Origin: Mobula hypostoma
Taxonomy: Eukaryota
DNA: 64,000 bases
NCBI RefSeq assembly: GCF_963921235.1
Contig: NC_086097.1
Span: 239,570,001 to 239,634,000, forward strand
Reading direction: 5' to 3'
Shown here: one piece after another, positions 25,961-38,479 of the stretch
Position numbering within the stretch: position 1 is the stretch's first letter
Layout of the letters: the number at the start of each line of letters is the position of its first letter
The notes under the pieces: model-generated
Databases searched by the model: none
Seen by the model: only the letters and a program-made list of their open reading frames with translations
Told to the model about the DNA's origin: nothing
Position numbers and translations under genes: made by a program

Positions 25961-26409
25961 ACATATACTTCGATACTAAACTTAATTTGAACTTTTTGAA
26001 CTTTAAATGAACAAAAGGAATTTTTTTTTGACCTTTGAAACTGTTGCTATTGTAAGTAGGGAACACTTTTTGCCCAAGTTATAAATGACATGGAGAAATG
26101 CATCTATATTATGTGTTCACACCTTCTCAGGATGTCTCAGAAGTGCTCGCCAATCAACGAAGTATTCTTGAGATTTAGACTCATTTCTAATGTAAGAGTG
26201 CAAAAGAGAGAAGGAACAGGAGAAGTTTTTATGCCTTTGAGGCAATTTTGGCATTTAACTAGATCATCGCTGAACTTGCCCCTTCAATCTGCTATCCTGC
26301 CCAATCCTAACACATTAATTTATTTAGTAATGGTATGTTTTGTAACTACAGGATCTAATGGAAAGAAAATCTCAGGAGCCTGGATACTAGTCTACTTAGT
26401 TGTTCTAAA

Positions 26410-27150
26410 GCAACACACACAAAATGCTGGAGAAACTCAGCAGGTCAAGCAGCATCTGTGGAAAGGAATAAGCAGTTGACACTTCGGGCCAAAATCCTTC
26501 CTCAGGGCTAGGAAGGAAGGGAGAAGGCACCAAAATCAGAAGGTGAGGGGGTGGGGAAGAAGGCTGGACTTGCACGAGTTATGTACTTTTTTTCTTTCTG
26601 CGCACCGGGTGTTTGCTCGTCTTTTTTTAAATGTGTTCTTTCAGATTTCTTGTTTTGTGGCTGCCCGAAAGGAAGCAAATGCCAAGCATAATTTATAAAA
26701 ACGTCAATGCTGAACGTATTTTGAACTTTGAATTTTAGAAGGTGATAGGAGAAGCAAATGGGTGGGAGAGGTCAGAGAAGAAGGAATCCGATAGGAGAGG
26801 AGAGTGGACCATAGGAGAAGGGAAAGAGGAGGGGATCTATGGGAAAGTGAAAGGCAGGTGAGAAGAGGTAAAGGGCCAGAGTGGTGAACAGAATAGAACC
26901 ATAGAACCATAGAAACTACAGCACAGAAACAGGCCCTTTGGCCCTTCTTGGCTATGAATAAGAGGGGAAGGGGTGGGATTTTTCTTTAACTGGAAAGAGA
27001 AATTGATATTCATGCCATCAGGTTGAAGGCAGGTGGAATATAAGGTGTTGCTCGTCTATCCTGAGGGTGGCCACATTCTGGCACAAGAGGCCATGGACTG
27101 ACACGTCAGAGCAGGAACAGGAATGGGATTTGAAATGTTTGGCCACCAGG
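26410..27150 (-). mobile_element. Penelope-like 3' fragment with small nested insertions
   Basis: caacacacacaaaatgctggagaaactcagc...agttgacacttcgggcc; purine-rich UTR; gattgatattcatgccatcaggttg. Confidence 0.65.
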
Positions 27151-28029
27151 AAGTTCCCACATCATCAGACTTTCTCTGTTTATACTTCCTTTTTACAGCA
27201 ACGTGTTCATACGTGACATGGTGGTGTAATGACGTATGTCATTCATGTACTTCCTATATAATAAATTATGTAAACAAAGAATGTGTAATCAAATAAAATA
27301 ATATTAACAATATTATTCAAATATTACAGAAATATTAAATGCTACAGAAATGTTGGATACTTTCATCAGACCAGACAACTTCTGTGGAAAGAAAAACAGA
27401 GTTAATTTTTCTGATCTATGCCTCTTTGGCGGAACTGCGTATGAGAAATAGAAAAGGTTATCTGAAGCTGTGGAGAATGCGATGAAAAATTGAATAGGCC
27501 AAAGAGAATGTTTGAGATATGTTAAGGCCAAACCAAGCCTTGATGATGGTAACACTTGATTCCTCTGGTGTTTCAAATATTTATCAGTCTTAGTACCGAG
27601 CATCTATGCTGCAAGAATTCCAGAGATTTAGAACCATCAGCACAAAATAAATCCTCACTGTTATGTATGTGTGAATTCTATTACCAAAGGGACTATAAAG
27701 AACATGGAGAATTTCTAAAGCAGTTTCTTTATTCTATATTTTATCTGTCCACCACATTTTGCATATAATATCTCCCCCTTCTCTTTTCTCTTTTTCCATT
27801 CCCTATTCTGTATCCCATCTCAAAGAGGACCACAACCTTATCATGGAGTTTAGAGTCTTTGCATGCCTCAATGATCTGGAGAGCCATGTTAACTGGAGTC
27901 AGGGCCTTGTGTTTTGACTCTTAGCGGGTCAAAGAGATTAAAAGGCAGAGGCCAGATCAAGAGTAGTCCACCAGTCCTCTGGGTTCAGCTAACAAAAATA
28001 ATGGTCAAAAAATATTGTTACAAAAACAG

Positions 28030-29983
28030 TAATGACAAAAGCCGTGGATGAACCAGGAGGTACGTCATCTGCTGAGGGTTAGATCTGTGGCATTCAAGTC
28101 TGGTGACCCAGGCCTGTACCAGAAAACCAGGTATGATTTGTGGAGGGCTATTTCAAGGGTGAAGAGACAATTTCGAGCGAGGTTGGAGGCGACATTGGAA
28201 AAATAGCAACTCTGGCAGGCTTTGCAAGACATTACTTCCTACAAAATGAAACCCAATAGCGTGAATGGCAGCAATGCTTCACTACCAGATGAGCTCAACA
28301 CCTTTTATGCCTGCTTTGAGAGGAAGAAAGTAACTACAGTTGTGAAGATCCCTGCTGCACCTGATGACCCTGTGATCTCTGTCTCTGTTAGGCTGTCTGT
28401 AAAGAGAGTGAACTCTCACAATGTTAAAGGTCCAGATGGAGTACCTGGTAAGGCTCTGAAAACCTGTGCCAACCAACTAGCGGGAGTATTCAAGGACATT
28501 GTCAACCTCTCACTGCTACAGGTGGAAGTTCCCACTTGCTTCAAAAAGGCAAGAATTATACCAGTGCCTAAGGAGAATAATGTGAGCTACTTTAATGACT
28601 ATCACCTGGTAGCACTCACATCTACAGTGAAGAAATGCTTTGAGAGGTCGGTCCTGACTAGAATGAACTCCTGCCTCAGCAGGACCTGAATCCATTGCAG
28701 TTTGCCTATTGCCACAATGGGTCAAAGGCATATACAATCTCAATGGCTCTCCACACAGCTTTAGACCACCTGGACAACACAAACAGGATGCTGTTCATCG
28801 ACTATAGCTCAGCATTTAATACCATCATTCCCACAATCCTGATTGAGAAGTTGCAGAACCTGGATCTCTGAACCTCCCTCTGCAATTGGATCCTCGACTT
28901 CCTAACCGGAAGGCCACAATCTGTGTGGATTGGTGACAACATATCCTCTTCGCTGATGATCACACTGAACGCACCTCAGACGTGTGTGCTTATCCCACTG
29001 CTCTACTCTCTATATGCACATGACTGTGTGGCTAGGCATAGCTTAAATTCCATTTATAAATTTGCTGACAACACAACCATTGTTGGTAGAACCTCAGATG
29101 GTGACAAGAAGGCGTACAGGAGTGAGATGTGACAACTAGTGGAGTGGTGTCGCAGCAACAACTTGGCACTCACCATCAGTAAGACAAAAGAGCTGATTGT
29201 GGACTGCAGGAAGGGTAAGATGAAGAAACACATACCAATCCTCATAGAGGGATCAGAAGTGGAGAGAGTGAGCAGTTTCAAGTTCCTGGGTGTCTGGATC
29301 TCTGAGGTTCTGACCTGGTCCCAACATATCGATGTATTTGTAAAGAAGGCAAGACAGTGGCTATACTTCATTGGGAATTTGAAGAGATTTGGCATGTCAA
29401 CAAATACACTCAGAAACTTAGAACCATAGAACCATGGAACAAATAGATGTACTGTGGAGAGCAGTCTGAAAGGCTGCATCACTGTCTGGTATGGGGAGGG
29501 GGGCTACTGCACAGGACCGAAAGAAGCTGCAGAGCATTGTAAATCTAGTCAGCTCCATCTTGGGTACTTGCCTACAAAGTACCCAGGACATCTTTAGGGA
29601 GTAGAGTCTCAGAAAGGCAGCGTCCATTATTAAGGACCTCCAGCACCCAGGGCATGCCCTTTTTTCACTATTACCATTAGGTAGGAGATACAGAAGCCTG
29701 AAGGCACACATTCGGCAATTCAGGAACAGCTTCTTCCCCTCTGCTATCCGATTCCTAAATGGACATTGAACCCTTGGACACGACCTCACTTCTTTAATAT
29801 ACAGTATTTCTGTTTATTTGCGTGTTTTAATCTATTCAATATACGTATAATGTAATTGATTTACTTATTTATTTATCATTATGTTTTTTCTCTTCTTTAT
29901 TATGTATTGCATTGAACTGTTGCAGCTAAGTTAACAGGTTTCACATCACATGCCGGTGCTAATAAACCTGATTCTGAGTCTGA
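28030..29983 (+). mobile_element. Rex1/Babar LINE, 5'-truncated, decayed RT through the 3' tail
   Basis: [76 protein letters not shown]. Tail aataaacctgattctgagtctga. Confidence 0.92.
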
Positions 29984-30069
29984 TGAAGAATCCATCTATA
30001 TCTGTGTGAGACTGAGGACAGACAGAGATGAAGGACCGTAAGCTCCAGTAGCATAAGGGGTAGATGAAA

Positions 30070-30392
30070 ATATTTTGTTTACTCTGTCACTCCTTTTCTC
30101 TCCTTACCTGCATGTCCCCACCCTCTGGTTCCCCTACTCCTTCCCTTTCTTCCATGGTCCTCTCTCCTCTCCTATTAGATTCCTCCTTCTTCAGACATTT
30201 ACCTCTTCCACCTATCCCCTCCCAGCTTCTTACTTCAAATCCTTCTTCCACCTGTGCACCTCCCCCCTCACCTGGTCTCACCAATCACCTGCCAGCTTGT
30301 ATTTCTCCTCCTCTCACCTCCTTCGTTTTCTGACATGTGTCTCCTCCTTTTACAGCCCTGGTGAAGGGTCTCAGCCCAAATCGTTAACTGTT
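30070..30392 (+). mobile_element. Penelope-like 3' UTR/pLTR fragment
   Basis: Pyrimidine-rich UTR ending cagccctggtgaagggtctcagcccaaatcgttaactg (decayed hammerhead motif). Confidence 0.65.
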
Positions 30393-30939
30393 TATTATAA
30401 TATTTACAAATTTAAACTTTCTACATGTCCCTTCGTGTCTTTGATCTCCTCAAAAGAGCCTGATACAGTGTTGTAACACCGAACAGGGTATCACAACAAA
30501 GGCAAAACAAACCCCTTTCCTCCCTCTCATCCACCCACCCAATCACATACCTAGACAGTCCTTCAACCCTTGGACATGCTGCCTCTGGACCTCTAGCCTC
30601 TATTGGACTCACGCAGTTGCAGATATTGGGACCTTCACCTCCCCAGTTGATTAGTTGACTCTTTGACCCAAGACTTCGGCCATCGAGAATCAACTTCCAA
30701 GTTTCAGGTCAAATTTTGGACTTAGAGAAATAGAGGGTTATGCGGTAGGGAAATTCTAGGCAGTTTTTAGAGTAGGTGACATAGTCGGCAAACATTGTGG
30801 GCCGAAGGGCCAGTAATGTGCGATAGATTTTCTATGTTATATGTTCAATCTTTGGTATCAACTCCAGGCCCGCTGATAATATGACCCCACATTCCCAGCC
30901 TCGTTAATGTACTGCTGTAAAGTTCATCCTTGAAAACAT

Positions 30940-32300
30940 CCAACTAACATTTGGTGCATTGTGAGCAGATTGGGACCTCTTATCTAAGAACAGCTGTGCT
31001 GCCATTGCAGAGTTTCATGAGAATGATCTCAGGGAAGAAAGGGTTAATGTATGAGGACATTTGATGGCTCCTGGCCTGCACTCTCTGGAGTTTTAGAGAA
31101 TATTGGAGGGGGATCTGATTGAAATCTATTGAATATTGGAAATAACACACACAAAATGCTGGAGAAACTCAGCAGGCCAGGCAGAATATATGGAAAAAGT
31201 GCAGTCAATGTTTTGGACAGAGACTCTTCCACAGGACTGGTGAAAAAAAAGATGAGTAGATTTAATAGGTGGGGGAGGGGAGAGAGAAGCACAAAGTGAT
31301 AGGTGAAACTGGGAGGGAGAGGGATGAAGTAAATAGCTGGGGTTAATTCGTGATGGAGAAGGGGATGGAAGGCCATGAAACAAAGAAAAGAGGGGAGGAG
31401 CACCAGAGGGAGGCAATGGGCAGGGAAGGAGATAAGGTGAGAGATGGAAAAGGGGATGGGGATTGGTGAAGGAGAGGGCAGAAGGGAGCCATCACTGGAA
31501 GTTCAAGAAATCGCTGCTGATGCCATCAGGTGGGAGGTTACCCAGACGGAATATAAAGTGTTGTTCCTCCAACCTGAAAGTGACCTCATCACCACAGTGA
31601 AGGAGGCCATGGATGGACATCGTGGAATGGGAATGGGAAGTGAAATTAAAATGAGTGGCCACTGGGAGATCACGCTTTTTCTGGCAGATAGAGCGTAGGT
31701 GTTAAGCGAAACGGTCTCCCAATCTACGTCCGGTCTCATTGGTATGCAGGAGCACCGTACACGGTATATGACACCAACAGACTCACAGGTGAAGTGTCGC
31801 CTCGCCTACAGGACTGTTTGGGGCCCTGAATGGAAGTGAAGGAGGAGGTGTAGCACTTTTTCTCTTACAAAGATAAGTGCCAAGAGGGAGGTCAGTGGGA
31901 AGTGACAATCTGACATGTCAGAATGGGAATATTGGAAGGCCAAGTTAGAGTGGACGTAGAGAGGATGTTTCCTTTGGTGCGGGAGTCTCGGACCAGAGGG
32001 CACAGCCTCAGAATAGAGGGACATTCAAATAAAGCAGAGATGAGGAGGAATTTCTTTAGCCAGAGGGGAGTGAATCTGTGGAATTCCTTGCCACAGATGG
32101 CTGTGGAGGGCAAGTCATTGGATATATTTAAAGCAGAGGTTGATAGGTTTTTGAATAGTAAGAATGTCAAAAGTAAAGGGAAGGAGGAAGAAGAATGGAG
32201 TTGAGAGGAATAATAGATCAGTCATGATGGAATGACGGAGCAGACCTGATGGGCAGAATGGCCAAATTCTGCTTCTCAGTCTTATGGTCTTATGGTCTTA
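30940..32300 (+). mobile_element. Old CR1 3' fragment split by a Penelope fragment
   Basis: RMFPLVRESRTRGHSLRIEG...RRNFFSQRGVNLWNSLPQ; tail tcttatggtcttatggtct. Confidence 0.75.
31142..31930 (-). mobile_element. Penelope-like element 3' part (GIY-YIG remnant and pLTR)
   Basis: The reverse complement matches 55440-55790 (ggcgacacttcacctgtgagtc...gagaccggacgtagattgggagaccgtttcgc). Confidence 0.8.
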
Positions 32301-32343
32301 ACACTCCAGTTTCCCATTTCTAATGTAAATATGTTAACTAGTA

Positions 32344-32497
32344 CAGGTCGACCTTCACTAATCCGACTACATGTAATCCGGTTCCTTTGATAATCCGGCA
32401 TTGATTATATTTAATGTGATCCTTCTGTAATTCGGCATTTTTACCAATCTGGCACTCCTCAGGTCCCAATGGTGCCGGATTAGTGAAGGTCGAACTG
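32344..32497. mobile_element. 154-bp Tc1/mariner (pogo/Tigger-like) MITE
   Basis: TA|CAGGTCGACCTTCACTAATCCG ... CGGATTAGTGAAGGTCGAACTG|TA. TIRs match at 21 of 22 positions, with a TA TSD. Confidence 0.88.
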
Positions 32498-32529
32498 TAT
32501 TAACAGTTACCAACTGTGGGAACATTTTT

Positions 32530-33792
32530 GTCTCCATTGTGACAAATTGATTGTGGACTTCAGAAAGGCTAAGACGAGGGCACACACACCAGACCTCATC
32601 GAGGGATCAGCAGTGGAAAAGCTAAGCCATTTCTAGTTCCTGGGTGTCAGCATCTCTGGATCTATCCTGGGCCTAAAACCTCAATGCAGTTACAAAGAAG
32701 GTACAACATGAGCTATATTTCATCTGGACTTTGAGAAGATTTGTTATGTCAACAAAGCACTCGCAAGTTTCTACAGATATACATGGAGAGCATTCTAACC
32801 GACTGCATCACCATCTGTTGTGAGGAGGGTGTCCACTGCACAAGATCTAAACAAGCTGGGGAAAGTTGTTCACTCAGTCAGCTCCATCGTGGTCACTCGT
32901 CTCCCCAGAATGCAGGACATCTTCAAGGAGCGATGCCTCAGAAAGATGGCAGCCATCATTTAGGATCCCCAGGACATGCCCTCTTCTCATTTTACCATCA
33001 GGATGGACATACAGGAGCCTGAAAGCACACACTCCACAATTCAGGAACAGCTTCTTCTTTTTTGCCATCACATTTTTGAATGGACATTGAAATCTACCTT
33101 GAACACTACCTCAATACTTTTTGTCTTTTTCTTGCACTACCTATCTAATTTCATTTCATTTTAATATCTTTTTTATTAATTATTATTGAAAATCAACAAC
33201 AAAGAAAAATACATCAAGATATTCAAGACAACATATCCATATGCAGAATAAGAGTTAAACTATCAACCAAACTAAACAGTACATCAATAATAATAAAAAA
33301 AACAAAATGTTAAAGCTATATATTTTTGGAAAAAAGGAAGAAGGAAAAAAGAACCCCTACTAACTAAAACAAAATAAAAACCCTAATAACAAAAAAAAAC
33401 GGGGAAAAAACCCATTTGGAGCACAATCCTGGAGCTATACACCATACAAGCTTCCACAAAAAAAGACATCAATCCGCCAACCAAATCCATTTACAAAAGA
33501 ATCAGAAAAAGACCATCTTAATTAACTCAAATCAAATGATAATAACAGGCAAAAGAACCCCACCTTTTCTCAAAGTCAAATCTAGGATCAAAAGTTTGAC
33601 TTCTAATTTTTTCCAAACTAATTTAACTTGTCAAATTACTTATCTAATTTAACTTGTTAAATTACTTATCTAATATAACTTGTTAAATATATATATATAC
33701 ACTTACTGTGATTTACCATTCATTAATATTATGCAATACAACAAATTTCACAACATATGCCGATGATGTTAAACCTGATTCTGATTCTGATG
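32530..33792 (+). mobile_element. Decayed Rex1/Babar 3' fragment interrupted by an L1 piece
   Basis: ttgattgtggacttcagaaag...ESILTDCITI...QFRNSFF; tail aaacctgattctgattctga. Confidence 0.7.
33151..33620 (-). mobile_element. L1-clade LINE 3' end
   Basis: Minus strand reads SLEKIRSQTFDPRFDFEKRWGSF..*, resembling the fish-type L1 ORF2 C-terminus. It is followed by a T-rich UTR, AATAAA and an A-rich tail. Confidence 0.55.
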
Positions 33793-34919
33793 TAATGTTA
33801 GCAGACAAACAGTCTGCTAACAGTTCACCCAAGGAACTGCAGACTCTGTAACCTTGAGCAATAAAGTGTCTGCTGGAGGGCTCAGTGGCTCAGTATCAGT
33901 GAAAGTGTAAGGATGGCTGGCATTTCCAATTGAGACCCTGTGTAGGAGCTCCAAACTGAAAGATCAACCATCTCTCTGCCTTCACAGGCACTGCCCGCTC
34001 TACTGCTTTCTGCCAATTTTTTTTTTAAATTCCATTATGTTCTTCAAAATGCCTCTCTCCTTGATTTGAGTCTTCGGTTGTTTTGAACATTTCACTTACA
34101 AACTTTCATCAATACTTGGCTGAAGTAAGCTCTATCATGTTTTATGTCTTTGACTCAGCATTGTCTAATCTTTCCTGAAGTTTAGTAAAAACTTTGTCAA
34201 ATGTCTCATTGCTCAACTTGAGTACTGACACGAAACTTATTTCTTCAGTCCTTTTTGTGATGATTTTCAATAAAGATGAAACTTATTAAAGATTTAAAGA
34301 TTAGCTTTAATTGTCACATGTATGTCGAAACGTACAGTGAAATGTGTTGTTTGCATTACCAATCAACATAATCCAAGTCACATATGCTGGGGCGGGGAGG
34401 GCAGTCCACAAATGCTGCCATGTTCTGGTGCCAATGTAGCATGCCCACAATTCCCTAACATTAACTCACATATTTTTGGAATGTGGAAGGGAACTGGAGC
34501 ACCCAAAGGAAGCCCAGATGCTCATGGGGCCAAAATTCAAACTATTTACAGACAGTGATGGGAACTGAACTTCGATCTTGGCACTGACACTGTAAAGCAT
34601 TACACCAAAGTGCCACCCTATCATCATGGCCATTAGTGGCCATACCACAAACATGTTGGAAAAGTTTCATGTGCAGAACATACTTTTATTTTATTGGCCT
34701 TTTCTGCAGGATGCCTCTGCGAACTTGCCTCTGTAATATTGGCAAACAACTTTTAATGGCTTTGTCTATCCAAGCCCATTAAGAAAACTTTTGACAATTG
34801 TTTGTGTGTTCACGATACCAGAGTGCTTAAAGTAATGCTTTTAAAAAGCCAGAGTTCACAAAAGTTATGACAGCTCTTTAAATCAAACACAACAATATTC
34901 CATTGAGCTCATCATCTCC

Positions 34920-35330
34920 TGCAGGCACAAGACATTCTGCAGATACTGGAAATCATGGCAACGCACACAAAATGCAGGAGGAACTCAATAGGTCAGGCAA
35001 CATCCATGGAGGGAAATAAACAATCCATATCTTGGACCAAGACTTTCGTCAGGACTGGAAAGAAAGCAGGCAGAAGCTGGAATAAAAAAGGTAGGGAGAG
35101 GGGGAAGAGTACAAGCTGGCAGGTAATAGGCGAGTCCAGATGAGGAGGGATGTTGGTGGGTAGGGATTATTAGATGAAAGGGAATAATGTTAGAGGCTGA
35201 GAGGTGATAGGTGGAAAAAGTAATGGGCTGAAGAAGAAGAAATGTGGTAAGAGTGGACAGTAGACAATTAGAGGAAGAAAGCGGGGAATCAGTGGGAGGT
35301 GATGGGCAAGTCATGAGGTTGGAGGCCTGA
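34920..35330 (-). mobile_element. Penelope-like pLTR/3' UTR fragment
   Basis: cacaagacattctgcagatactggaaatc...gactttcgtcaggactgg plus a purine-rich tract. Confidence 0.65.
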
Positions 35331-36359
35331 TCTGCAAAGTTCATCCAGCATTTTGTATGTACTTCATGTCCTCATTTGGACATGTCATTCAGTGCAGTAT
35401 TTCAAAGATTCCTCATACGCCCATGTGTGAACAATATTTTCTTAAATTAGACATTGAGTTATAGAGTTATGCAAGAAGAAAACAAACCCTTCGACCCAAC
35501 TTGTCCAGACCAACTAAGATGGCAATCTAGCCAAGTTATATTTACCCACTTTTGGCCATATCCCTCTAAACTCTTCTGATCTATGTACTTATCCAAATGT
35601 ATTTTACAAACGTGAATGTTATCTTTATACCTGGCTCAGCTGCTTCTTCTGGCAGCTCATTCCACATATTAACCATCCTCACGATGAAAACGTTGGTTCT
35701 ATGAAATCTCTCTCTTCTCATCTTAAACCTATACCCTGTACTTCTTGATTCCCCAACACTGGGAAAAATGATGGTGCACAGTAAAACCTCTCTCTGTCCT
35801 TCATGATTTTGTACCTCTATAACATCACTCCTCATTCAATAAAGTCTGAACTTGCTCAACCTCTCTCCTCAAATACTGTGCAGTGGTCACTTCTACGAAT
35901 GCTGTCATGTACAGATGCTTCTGCTGCAAGCCCATTGGTGAGAATGAGGTCAAGTGTGTTTTTCCCTCTTGTTGTTTCCCTCACCACCTGCTGTAGTCCC
36001 AGTCTAGTAGTTATGTCCAGTAGGACCTGACCAGCTCAGTCTATGGTGCTACTACCGAGCCCCTCTTGGTAATGGACATTGAAGTCCCCCACCTAGAGTA
36101 CATTCTGTGCTCTTGTCACCCTCAATGTCTTCTCCAAGTGCTGTTCAACACAGAGAACTACTGATTCATCAGCTGAGGGAGGAGGTTTCCTTGCCCATGT
36201 TTAGCCTGGTGCCATGAGACTTCATGGGGTCCAGAGTCGATGTTGAGAGTTGCCAGAGCAACTCCCTCTTTACTGTACGCCATTGTCCCACCATCCCTGC
36301 TAGGTCTGTCCTGCCAGTGAGCGAGTACATACCCAGGAAAGGTGAAGGTGGAGGTTGTA

Positions 36360-36935
36360 CTGGATTCTAAGAGGGGGAGTGCCTACAAGATAACTTTTTA
36401 GAGCAGCTCATGGTTGAGCCCACTAGAGGATCAACTGGTCCAGATTGGGTGTTGTGCAATGAACCGCAATTGAGTGGAGAGCTTAATGTAAAAGAACCTT
36501 AAGGGGTATGTGATCATAATATGATCAAATTCACCCTGCATTTAGGGAACAAGAATCTTAAGTCAAATGTATCAGTGTTACAGAGGAGGAAAGGAAATTA
36601 CAGAAGCTTGAAAGTAGAGTGGGCCAGAATTGATTGGAAAAGGACACTGGCAGGGGTGATGGCAGAGAAGAAATGGCTGAGGTTTCTGGAAGCAATTCAG
36701 AAGGAACAGGATACATACATCCCAATGAGGAAGAAATATTCTAAAGGAAAGATGACACAGTCATGGCTAACAAAAGAAGACAAATTCAACATATAACCCA
36801 AAGAAGAGGCACATAGTAAAGCAAAAATTAGTGGAAAGTGGAAAGTTAGAGGATTGGGAAGCTTATAAACACAAATTGAAGGCAACTAAAAAAAGTCATT
36901 AAGAAGGTGAAGATGAAATATGAAAGTAAGCGAGC
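36360..36935 (+). mobile_element. Old CR1 ORF2 internal fragment
   Basis: DHNMIKF...KGNYRSLKVEWARIDWKRTL...QSWLTKE. Confidence 0.7.
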
Positions 36936-36949
36936 TAATATTTTGCTTT

Positions 36950-38445
36950 CTTTATCATGGACTCAACCTGTGAATTAACCTTCTGGGAGCCTTGCATGAG
37001 GACTCCAAAGTTCCTTTGTACCCCAAATTTTGGAATTTTTCCCCATTTAGGTAATAGTCTGTACTATCGTTCCTTTTACCAAAATGCATCATCATACGTT
37101 TCTCAACACTGTATTCCATCTGCCACCTTTTCCCATTCTTTCAATTCTTCTAAATTCTGCTTCAATCCCATTGCTTCCTCAGTACTACCTACCCCTCCAC
37201 CTATCTTTGTATCATCTGCAAACTTTGCCACAAAGCCATCAATTCCACTATCTAAGTCATTGCAATAAAAAGTAGCAGCCCCAATACTGACCCCTGAGGA
37301 ACACCACTAGTCAATGGTAGCCAACCAGAAAAGGCCCGCTTTATTCCCACACGCTGCCTCCTGCTGGTCGGCCATTCCTTTATCCATGCCAGTATCTTTC
37401 CTGTAACACCATAAGATTTTATCTTGTTTAGCAGCCTCATGTGTGGCACCTTATCAAATGCCTTCTGAAAATCTCAATGACACCCACTGTCTCTCCATTG
37501 CCCACCCTGCTTGTTACTTCCTTGAAGAATTCTAAGAGATTTGTCAGTCAAGATTTCCCTTCACAGAAACCATGCTGACTTTGACTTACTTCATCATTAG
37601 TCTCCAAGTACCCCAAAGCCTTGTTCTTAATAATAGATTCCAACAGATTCCTAACCACTGAGGTTAGGCTAACTGGCCTACAATTTCCTTTCTTTTGTCT
37701 TCCTCCCTTCTTAAAGAGTGCAGTGACATTTGCAATCTTCCAGTCCTCCGGGACTATGCCAGAAAGTTCATGACCAATGTATCCGCTATCTCTTCAGCAA
37801 CCTCTTTCAGGACTCTGGGATGTAGTCCATCTGGTCCAGGTGACTTTATCCACCTTCAGACCTTTCACTGTTCCATTGTAGTAGCAATGGTACTCATTCT
37901 CCGCTCCCTGACATTCACAGACCTCTGGCATAGAGCTAGGGTCTTCTATAGTAAAGACTGAAGCAAAGTACTTATTAAGTTCATCTGCCATTTCTTTCTC
38001 CCCCATTATTACCACACCCCCAGCATCACTTTCCAGTGGTCCGATAAAAACTCTCACTTCCCTTTTATTCTTAAACTTTTAGTATCCTGATTTTTATTAT
38101 CGGCTACTTTGCTCTCTTTTCCCTTGTAACTTTTTTTAGTTGCCTTTTGTTGTATTTTAAAAGCTTCTCAATCACTTAACTTCCTACTCAGTTTTGCTGC
38201 CTTATATGCCCTTACCTTGGCTTTTATGCTGTCCCTAACTTCCCTTGTCAGCCATGGTTGCCGCGCCCTGCCATTTGAGAACAACTTCTTCTGTGGAACA
38301 TATCTATCTTGTGAAGCATTCCCAGAAACTTCAGCCATATCTGTTCTGCCATCATCCCTGCCAGTATCCTCCTGCAATCCACCTGGGCAAGCTCCTCTCT
38401 CATGCCTCTGTAATTCCCTTTATTGCATTGCAATACAGATCATGT
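36950..38445 (-). mobile_element. Old CR1 ORF2 internal fragment
   Basis: [64 protein letters not shown]. Confidence 0.85.
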
Positions 38446-38479
38446 GACATGGTTCTTCTCAAAATGCAGTATGAATTCA